Shown here: positions 28,944 to 36,659 of the stretch, piece after piece | Layout of the letters: each line of letters opens with the position of its first letter | How positions within the stretch are numbered: the stretch's first letter is position 1 | From: Candidatus Poribacteria bacterium | Lineage (GTDB): Bacteria; Poribacteria; WGA-4E; UBA9662 | Length of the DNA: 64,000 nt | Reading direction: 5' to 3' | Assembly (NCBI GenBank): GCA_030748495.1 | Contig: JASMLX010000012.1 | Coordinates: forward strand, 1,411-65,410 | Notes under the pieces: generated by a model | The model's input: the letters and a program-made list of their open reading frames with translations, nothing else | Database searches by the model: none | What the model was told of the DNA's origin: nothing | Program-made: the position numbers and the translations under genes

Positions 28944-29723
28944 ATGTCACACTTTAAAAAACCAATTCTAACTGTACTGGCCTTGGTGGTTATTGTTGTT
29001 TCTCAGTCCTGGGCTGGACTCAGCGTTTACTACGATTTTGAGGGAATTGATAATGGTTACATTCTAGATAAATCTGGAAATGGTATTGACGGAGAGATTG
29101 TCGGTGACGTAACGTTGGACGATGGTCAACTTGGTAAAGCTGGACGATTCGCCAACGGCGGTTACCTGGATTTAGATGGAGCTAACGTTCCGCCTGCTTT
29201 AATTCCGACTCAAGGCTTTAGTGTTCTGGCTTGGGTAAACGTCGAGGTTGATGGTGATCAAGCCATTTTCTGTGCCAGATCTGCTGATACACAGTGGTTG
29301 GTCCATCCAGAGGTCCGGCCCGGTGGAGGTTACTATCGTTGGACAGTCCGAACGGACAAACCGGGCGGCACCATTGGCGAAGTCAAAAAAGGGGTGCCGG
29401 TCAAAAACGAATGGCACCATTTCGCCGGCACCTATAATGCGGGTGATGGGGTCGCCGTTCTCTACGTTGACGGAGAAGAGGTTGGTCGAGATCAGCGTGA
29501 CGGTGGCACCGTTAATAAAAGCTGGGGACTTGGAGCCCGAGTAGGATTGAATATCGACGACGCTCGACCGTTCAACGGCCGAATGGATGAAGTCGCCATC
29601 TGGTCCGAAGCACTTACGCAAGCCAAAATCAAAGAGTATATGGCTGACGGTGTTTTGGCCAAGACGGCCGTCGAAGCGCAGCACAAATTAGCCACTACCT
29701 GGGCTAATATCAAAAACAGGTAA
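28944..29723 (+). CDS. Exported LamG-like protein (pair C, member 1), tail KLATTWANIKNR
   Basis: Signal peptide present. Motifs include DKSGNGIDGEI, LGKAGRFANGGYLDLDG, WHHFAGTY, LYVDGEEVG and GRMDEVAIWSEALT. Confidence 0.85.
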   Translation: MSHFKKPILTVLALVVIVVSQSWAGLSVYYDFEGIDNGYILDKSGNGIDGEIVGDVTLDDGQLGKAGRFANGGYLDLDGANVPPALIPTQGFSVLAWVNVEVDGDQAIFCARSADTQWLVHPEVRPGGGYYRWTVRTDKPGGTIGEVKKGVPVKNEWHHFAGTYNAGDGVAVLYVDGEEVGRDQRDGGTVNKSWGLGARVGLNIDDARPFNGRMDEVAIWSEALTQAKIKEYMADGVLAKTAVEAQHKLATTWANIKNR

Positions 29724-29844
29724 CTCCCTTTCAGATGCAGGTATTAATATGGTCGGAGTATTCGCTTATACTTTCGCCGTTGGTATCTGCATCTATTTCA
29801 ATACTATAAACGTGATCCGGCGTTATTTCGCTAGGAGAAATAAA

Positions 29845-30642
29845 GTGAAAGAAATACAGTTAAAATTTGTATCTTATTGTTTAATCCTGTTGGCCCTGAC
29901 AGTAACAATTTCTGTCCCAAGCTGGGCCGAGGAAAAAGACCTGATTCTCTACTTCGACTACGAAGATTTCAAAGGCGGCGAGGTGGTAGAGAAATCTATC
30001 AGCAAGCGAAATGGCAAAATCGAAGGGAAAGTTGTCCAGGTTGATAACGGCAAGTTTGGTAAGGCCGGTAAATTTGCGGCTGGTAGTTTTCTAGACCTGG
30101 ATGGCGCCACCTTTCCCAAAGATAATATTCCCACCAAGGCCTGGAGCCTCCTGGCCTGGATTAATGTGGAGGCTATTAGCGACATGGCCATTTTCAATGC
30201 TCGATCTAGTGAGCCGGTTTGGCTGATTCACCCTGAAGCTAGAGGTGGTGGAAACTATCGCTGGTTACTAAGGGGTAATGGAAACACAAAGTTGTTCGAT
30301 ATCAGAGCCGGTAAGAATAAGGCCAATGCATGGCAACATTACGCTGGTATTTTTAATGGGAAAAAGGGGATTCTCTACATCAATGGCAATGAAGTCGGTG
30401 CACAAGATGCCGGAGCAAAGAGTTCCTCCACTGACTGGGGGTTAGGAGCCAGAGTTGGATTTAATATCGATGACAACCGTCCCTTTACCGGCTTGATGGA
30501 TGATCTCAACATCTGGAAAAAAGCGCTGACTCAGGACGAAATAAAGGCCATTATGAATGATGGCGTGGAGACCTTCCTATCGGTCGAGGCTCACGGTAAA
30601 CTGACCACTCAATGGTCGAAGATTAAAGCCCACCACCAGTAA
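29845..30642 (+). CDS. Exported LamG-like protein (pair C, member 2), tail KLTTQWSKIKAHHQ
   Basis: The ORF track starts at 29749. The in-frame GTG at 29845 follows AGGAGA by 6 nt and gives a normal signal peptide (KEIQLKFVSYCLILLALTVTISVPSWA). The protein is collinear with 28944..29723. Confidence 0.8.
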   Translation: MKEIQLKFVSYCLILLALTVTISVPSWAEEKDLILYFDYEDFKGGEVVEKSISKRNGKIEGKVVQVDNGKFGKAGKFAAGSFLDLDGATFPKDNIPTKAWSLLAWINVEAISDMAIFNARSSEPVWLIHPEARGGGNYRWLLRGNGNTKLFDIRAGKNKANAWQHYAGIFNGKKGILYINGNEVGAQDAGAKSSSTDWGLGARVGFNIDDNRPFTGLMDDLNIWKKALTQDEIKAIMNDGVETFLSVEAHGKLTTQWSKIKAHHQ

Positions 30643-31674
30643 AAGTCGATTTTTAACTTAACGAGTAGGGGTTGAATCTTCAATTTAACCCCTTACCCTC
30701 CTAATGATTCAATACAACCCTTTAGCTATAATCTCACAAGTTTGTCTAATGATAGACGGCGATGGCTTACCAAAGATGGATGATACCGTGTGCCCTCTTA
30801 TATTTTCCGTAAAGATATTGGGTTGCCCACACTAGCTATCCCACCCAAATAGGGCCACCTAACGGTCACCAATACCCCTTTCGTGTAGTGTGCCAGCCAA
30901 GTACAGACACGATAAAACCCCTTACCATATCCATCCGGTTGATGCTCAAAGGCAGTCAATCTAGCCTCCCCTACATTTTCAGCTGTACCGTTTAAAATTT
31001 GGAAGCCAAGTGAAGATAAAACAAAAGAGGAGTCTAGCCCAAATTCAGGGATGAGCAGAATCTATTGTGTCAAGCGAAATTATCGCCTTTAATTGAAATT
31101 GACCTGTTCCCAGCGTGCTAAGTCTGTTTTAGCGAATGACGTACAGTTTAAAGTGAAAACACTCCTACCTGCGCGGCATTGACAAGATCAAAGGGCATAT
31201 TCTGAGATTTGTGAACCTGAGGCATATACAGGCTAATCTGACCGTAACTTATGGCTTCTAGGGTTCAAGCGAGAAAGCTAGTTGGTCAAAAAGGCGAAAA
31301 TACAGGTTGAGAGGGAGCATACCTGTGGAGCACCAAAGTAAAAGAAGAGTTGATCTTTCTGCTGTTATAAAGCCGGGAAAATGATAGAATTACTGATAGT
31401 TAGTTTCCAAAATCATTAGTAAACGGAACTTTACACTGAAAGTTCAAAAGGCATTAATTGACAGGTTCTACTTCGACCGGACCGATCCAGCAATTTCTAC
31501 CACTCTCCACGTGAACACACATCCTCGACTTAATCGAGACCTATAAGTTTTTAGTCCGGAAATACAAAAGAACAAAGCGGAATTGACAAAGGCCACTTCA
31601 GAAAATAGAAGTAGGAAGATAGAGTAGGTTGGCATACTATCAACTCGAACATTGATCAGCTCGATTCACTACCT

Positions 31675-32412
31675 TTGGCTATTGAAGCGATCAATCTCAG
31701 CAAACGGTATGGTGGATTGATAGCGGTAGATGGACTTTCTCTCCAAATTCAAACCGGCGAACTCTTCGGTTTTTTAGGTCCGAATGGGGCTGGGAAAACA
31801 ACCACGCTCAATATGCTGACGACATTGATCCAACCCACATCTGGAACAGCAACCATTTGCGAGCTTGATTTAGCAACCCAATCAACAGAGATTAAAAACC
31901 GGATCGGGCTAATGCCAGACACGCCAAAGATCTACCCTACACTAACCGGTCGACAATTCATCCACTTTGTTGCCAGTCTGTACCATCTGGACAGTAGAAC
32001 TGTTGAAGAGCGAATGTTCCATTACCTTGATCTATTAGACTTACATCAAGTGGTGGACAAACAAATCAAATCTTACTCCTATGGGATGCAGAAGAAGACT
32101 CTACTGGTTTCCGTTTTGATTCGGGATCCGGAAGTGCTTTTTCTGGATGAGCCAACTGCAGGTTTAGACCCCAGAAGTGCCAATATCGTTAAGCAAATCC
32201 TGACCGATTTATGCCTAAATGGCCGAACGGTCTTTATGGCAACGCATATCTTGGAAATTGCGGAAAAGATTTGTGACCGGATAGGCATTATCTATCAAGG
32301 TAAACTAATTGCGGTCGGCACGTTGGCAGAACTACGAAACCAAATCGCTAATGCCAGCTTGGAAGAGATCTTCCTCCAGTTGACCTCAGGTACTCTGTCC
32401 TACAATGCTTAG
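31675..32412 (+). CDS. ABC transporter ATP-binding protein
   Basis: Walker A (GPNGAGKTT), ABC signature (YSYGMQKK) and Walker B (LFLDEPTAGLD) are present. TTG start. Confidence 0.9.
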   Translation: MAIEAINLSKRYGGLIAVDGLSLQIQTGELFGFLGPNGAGKTTTLNMLTTLIQPTSGTATICELDLATQSTEIKNRIGLMPDTPKIYPTLTGRQFIHFVASLYHLDSRTVEERMFHYLDLLDLHQVVDKQIKSYSYGMQKKTLLVSVLIRDPEVLFLDEPTAGLDPRSANIVKQILTDLCLNGRTVFMATHILEIAEKICDRIGIIYQGKLIAVGTLAELRNQIANASLEEIFLQLTSGTLSYNA

Positions 32413-34132
32413 CTGCCTCAGATCAATTCTAGGAGTTAGTTTCACCGCCTGGAAAAACAAACACCTGGGAAAAAATACCGACTTAGGGCATCACAGTGTA
32501 ACGGTCGCCGGTTTATTGACGGTGATGTTCGCCCTGTATTGGCTCTGCCAATTTTTCCTGACGCGAACTCCACAACTCGATACTTTGGTAATTCACCGGA
32601 GTGCGACCATACTGACAACTATTGGAACACTTATCTTAGTTAAGTTCGCTGTCGAGGGCGCAATTCAGCTTTTTTATGAAGTCGAAGAGACTGCCTTCTT
32701 GTTCAGCACTCCAACCTCTGCCGCCGCAATTTTTGCAGCTAACTTCATTATCCTGATTGGACGAAATTCGCTGAATATGCTTGCTTGGCTGGTTCCACCT
32801 TGGATTGCATTTGGTGTCTTCTTTCACCTCTTCTGGCCGTTCTATCTGATGATTACCCCAATCTGTTTCTTTTATCTGGTGATTGTCATTTCACAAACTG
32901 TTCTGGGGATACTGCTTTTGATGCGCATCCCACCGATCAGTCAAAATAAAAAGATAGGTAAGTATCTCTCCTTCTGGCAAAGAAGAAGTTTAAAGATTTT
33001 AACCAGCCTGATTGGAGTCTTGATGGCGGTGATAATCGCTTTTAGTTTAATCGCAATCTCCGAAAATGAGGTGTTATCTGATAGTACAATTATTGACCAG
33101 TCTCAACAGCGGTTGTTGGGTTGGTCAAGTAGTCATAGTTGGCGTTGGAGTCCACATCAATGGATGACTCAATTGATGATTTCTTCGGTACCGGATCTAT
33201 TGCAACCGGAACCACAACTGTCCTTTCTACCTTTACTGATCCAGCTAATAGGGACAGCTTGCCTCTTGCCGATCCTACTGACTGCATTAGCAGGACTAAT
33301 CTACCGCTCAAGCTGGGAGCTACAACAGGTCGCCCCAACGTATCAATCTCCAACCGGTCAAACAGCACCTAAATCCAAATCAAGTTGGCATCGGTTTATC
33401 TGGAAATCGCATTTTTCACCTCTGATTTACAAAGACTTGCTGGTTTTTACAGGTCGAAAAGGGCGATGGTTAACAGTCCTTTTTTTCTCGCTGATTCAAC
33501 TGGTAATGGTCTACTCGGTGGTCTCATCTACTCGGCAAGCAGATGAGACAAATTACATCATTTTCGGTATTTTATCTCAAATTAACCTGTACGGCGTCAT
33601 TTTGACGTTTGGTCTAACGTTTTTTGGGTTCAAAGCGGAAAATGAAACGTGGTGGTTATTACAATCGAGCCCGTTAACAGCAGGTAAGGCTTATGCTAGT
33701 AAGTTTATTGCTGCGGTTCTGTTTGCTATGGCCTATATTACACCCTGGACATTTTTGTTGTTGGTTACGACTGGCTGGGCTTTGACGGATTGGATACCAA
33801 TTGTTTTAATATCCCTACTCTCTGTGACGGCTGCAATCGCTCTCAATACATCAGTTGGCTGTTTCCCTTGGGTACATGATATCCAATTGAATAGATCTAC
33901 CAACTCTATTCTAGGTCTTTTTACCATTATAGTCGCAACTATGATCAGTGGAGTCCTGCTGATTACTCCCTTTTTAATTTGGCAGATGGTAGTAATGGAG
34001 GAAATTTCGGTTTTGATTTTCAACAGATGGTGGTTAAAAGTTACTATTATTGGCACACTGGGAACCGGTACCGTTTTGATCACAGTTTTATCGGCGTTGG
34101 TCGGTCGACGCTATCTAGGTAGATTCCTTTGA
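32405..34132 (+). CDS. Large multi-pass membrane protein, putative permease partner of the ABC ATPase
   Basis: It overlaps the ATPase gene by 8 nt. The 575-aa product has many hydrophobic helices and no other recognisable motif. Confidence 0.6.
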   Translation: MLSCLRSILGVSFTAWKNKHLGKNTDLGHHSVTVAGLLTVMFALYWLCQFFLTRTPQLDTLVIHRSATILTTIGTLILVKFAVEGAIQLFYEVEETAFLFSTPTSAAAIFAANFIILIGRNSLNMLAWLVPPWIAFGVFFHLFWPFYLMITPICFFYLVIVISQTVLGILLLMRIPPISQNKKIGKYLSFWQRRSLKILTSLIGVLMAVIIAFSLIAISENEVLSDSTIIDQSQQRLLGWSSSHSWRWSPHQWMTQLMISSVPDLLQPEPQLSFLPLLIQLIGTACLLPILLTALAGLIYRSSWELQQVAPTYQSPTGQTAPKSKSSWHRFIWKSHFSPLIYKDLLVFTGRKGRWLTVLFFSLIQLVMVYSVVSSTRQADETNYIIFGILSQINLYGVILTFGLTFFGFKAENETWWLLQSSPLTAGKAYASKFIAAVLFAMAYITPWTFLLLVTTGWALTDWIPIVLISLLSVTAAIALNTSVGCFPWVHDIQLNRSTNSILGLFTIIVATMISGVLLITPFLIWQMVVMEEISVLIFNRWWLKVTIIGTLGTGTVLITVLSALVGRRYLGRFL

Positions 34133-34225
34133 GAAAAGGTATTCGATCCGTTATAATAAACAGGAGCTTAAGGCATTTTAGATGCTTGGTATCATCCTTC
34201 TAGAAATTATTTTAAGGAGTTGGAC

Positions 34226-34390
34226 ATGGCAAAAGCAGCCCGTCAGAAAATTAAACTGGAAAGTACGGCTGGTACTGGCTATTTCTACGTAACGACTAAA
34301 CAAACTCAGTCACAAGAGAAGATCGAAGTTAAAAAGTACGATCCCAAAGTGCGCAAACACGTCCTATTTGTTGAGAAACGGCTTCGTTAA
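34226..34390 (+). CDS. rpmG: 50S ribosomal protein L33
   Basis: This gene is not in the ORF track because it is under 60 aa. The ATG follows AAGGAG. The translation [54 protein letters not shown] matches the L33 pattern (K..I.L.S....G..Y.T.K......K.E.KKYDP..RKHV.F.E.K). Confidence 0.85.
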   Translation: MAKAARQKIKLESTAGTGYFYVTTKQTQSQEKIEVKKYDPKVRKHVLFVEKRLR

Positions 34391-34413
34391 GATCTGGCTT
34401 TTAAGTACGGGCA

Positions 34414-34755
34414 ATGCAGAACACTCCACAGTTCAGGCGACAAAAGGCTGAGAAGCTGACTCTCTCTGTCAAGAGCGCAGTTACAGTTGTTCAAACGCAA
34501 CAGGGGATGTTTGTTGTCTCTATAGTCTTGCTGGTTTCGATTATCGGCACGGTGGGAAACGAGATTCTGAGGAAGATTTTGTCTGACGACGATCAGGCTA
34601 TTCTCGTCACGTGCGTTGTCTGTATCGCTGGTATTCTAATTAGTCTGTCTCGCCGCCAACAGATCTTCGCCTACCTGACGGCAAGACGGATGGCCAAGTT
34701 TGAGCAGCGGATGCAAGCTCGCCGCTTGAGAGACAAAGCACAAAACCAGCTATGA
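34414..34755 (+). CDS. Small membrane protein, hypothetical
   Basis: Two predicted hydrophobic helices and a basic C-terminus. Its stop overlaps the purM start as ATGA. Confidence 0.45.
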   Translation: MQNTPQFRRQKAEKLTLSVKSAVTVVQTQQGMFVVSIVLLVSIIGTVGNEILRKILSDDDQAILVTCVVCIAGILISLSRRQQIFAYLTARRMAKFEQRMQARRLRDKAQNQL

Positions 34756-35771
34756 CGTCACAATCGTTGACTTACGCTGATGCTGGTGTTTCGTTGGATG
34801 CAAGCGAACGCGCCATGGCTGGAATCAAAGACCTCGTTCGGAGTACCTCTCGTCCGGAGGTGTTGAGCGATATCGGCAGTTTCGGTGGTCTTTTTGCGCT
34901 GGGACGGTACGAGCAGCCGGTACTGGTTTCCAGTACTGACAGCGTCGGGACCAAGTTGAAAGTGGCCTTCATGGCCAGTCGGCACGACACCGTCGGTTAT
35001 GATATCGTTGCACATTGTGGTAACGACATTGTAGTTCAGGGAGCAGAGCCCCTTTTCTTCCTCGATTATGTAGGGACGAGTCGACTAAGGCCTGATATCT
35101 TGCAACAAATCGTGCAGGGGCTAGCAGACGGTTGCCGCCACATCGGGGCGGCTTTAATCGGAGGAGAAACGGCTGAACTCCCCGGTTTCTACCAGGACGG
35201 TGAATACGATCTGGTAGGTACGATCGTCGGCGTGGTCGAGAGAGACGAGATTATCACCGGCCAACAGATCAGTGTTGGAGATCGTTTGGTCGGCCTTCCT
35301 TCCTTGGGGTTACACACTAACGGCTACTCCCTAGCCCGGCGAATCTTATTCGAACATTGTGGTCACGATATCGATCACTTTGTATCTAAACTTGATACAA
35401 CTGTCGGTCAAGAGCTTCTCAAAAACCACCAAAGCTACGTCAAAACCGTACTCGACCTAAAATCCAGGTGTCAGATTCAGGGGATTGCTCATATCACCGG
35501 TGGCGGCCTACCTGACAACGTAGTCCGAATCTTACCCGACAGCCACTGTGCTGTAATTCGGACCGATAGCTGGCAAATTCCACCCATCTTCACCTACCTA
35601 CAACAACAAGGTAATGTAGATCTGGACGAGATGTATCGTGTGTTTAACATGGGCATCGGTTTGGTATTGGTCGTCCGGCCAACAGATGTAGACCTGGTGC
35701 TTTCATCGGTTGATGAGGCCATTCTGATAGGTGAAGTTGAAAGTGGTCAACAGGAGGTCAAACTTGTCTGA
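34752..35771 (+). CDS. purM: Phosphoribosylformylglycinamidine cyclo-ligase (AIR synthetase)
   Basis: YADAGVS, VSSTDSVGTKL, GYDIVAHCGNDI and GGETAE.PG motifs. Confidence 0.9.
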   Translation: MTSQSLTYADAGVSLDASERAMAGIKDLVRSTSRPEVLSDIGSFGGLFALGRYEQPVLVSSTDSVGTKLKVAFMASRHDTVGYDIVAHCGNDIVVQGAEPLFFLDYVGTSRLRPDILQQIVQGLADGCRHIGAALIGGETAELPGFYQDGEYDLVGTIVGVVERDEIITGQQISVGDRLVGLPSLGLHTNGYSLARRILFEHCGHDIDHFVSKLDTTVGQELLKNHQSYVKTVLDLKSRCQIQGIAHITGGGLPDNVVRILPDSHCAVIRTDSWQIPPIFTYLQQQGNVDLDEMYRVFNMGIGLVLVVRPTDVDLVLSSVDEAILIGEVESGQQEVKLV

Positions 35772-36567
35772 TGTAGCTGATAGACGTCAGATCCTCGACG
35801 CGCTCTCCCTGCGTCGGCTAATTTCTCTCTTTCAAGATCACGATTTTCCAATTGTTGTTCGAGCTTTAAGCGAACAGAAAATTGCAGACCTGGCTATTTT
35901 TTTGCTGGTGCTAACCCGAATCGAGACCAGCATCCCGACACTGTCGGAAACTGAGGAAACAGGCAGCGATCTGCTATTGGTCGATCGCGCAGCTCAGATT
36001 TTAGCTAATCTCCCCGTGGATCAGCAAACCGATATAGCCCAAGAAATCGCCGCCATTGACATGTTGCCAACTGAGCAGATCAAAGAAACAGTGGATCAGA
36101 TTGTTAACCATGTTACGGCTTTTGCCGAAAGCACTGTCGTTTTTGGTGCTGGTACAGAAAACCTGGCCAAACTGCTATCCAAAATGGATGCTTCGCAACA
36201 GGGACAATTGGTGGAGTCGCTCCGTGTAACCAACCCGGAGTTAGCGACGGGGCTAAATCGGGAAATCATGCCCTTTAGTAGTCTGAGTATGTTGGACGAT
36301 GAAACCATTCGTACGCTGGTGAACTATCTCGATGTTAATACTATTGCGGTCGCTATTCACAACTTACCTCAGGAGATCCAAGATCGTTTTTTGAATGTTA
36401 TGGAGGGAGGTATGGCGACCGAGATCGAAGCAAAAATGGATTCGCTCGGCTTTGCTGAAACCCAGATCGCCTCTACAGCCCAACAGTCAATCTTGGATCT
36501 GGTATGCCGCTTAGCTGCCAAAGGCATTTTGCAGATTCATCAGAGTAGTGGCATCCCTGACGTTTAG
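35764..36567 (+). CDS. FliG-like (flagellar rotor protein middle/C-terminal domain-like) protein, orphan
   Basis: LDDETIRTLVNYLDVNTIAVAIHNLPQEIQDRFLNVM....A.EIEAKMDSLG.....I..AQQSILDLV..LAAKGIL parallels the FliG C-domain. The track start is GTG at 35731, but TTG at 35764 follows AGGAGG by 6 nt. Confidence 0.55.
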   Translation: MSDVADRRQILDALSLRRLISLFQDHDFPIVVRALSEQKIADLAIFLLVLTRIETSIPTLSETEETGSDLLLVDRAAQILANLPVDQQTDIAQEIAAIDMLPTEQIKETVDQIVNHVTAFAESTVVFGAGTENLAKLLSKMDASQQGQLVESLRVTNPELATGLNREIMPFSSLSMLDDETIRTLVNYLDVNTIAVAIHNLPQEIQDRFLNVMEGGMATEIEAKMDSLGFAETQIASTAQQSILDLVCRLAAKGILQIHQSSGIPDV

Positions 36568-36659
36568 TTAGTTTAGCTACTAGCACCTTGCGGTGGGAGC
36601 CCCCTCCCCAACCCCGAAGTTTGTTTCCTTGATTGGGTTTCTAGCCCACTCTAAAAGTC

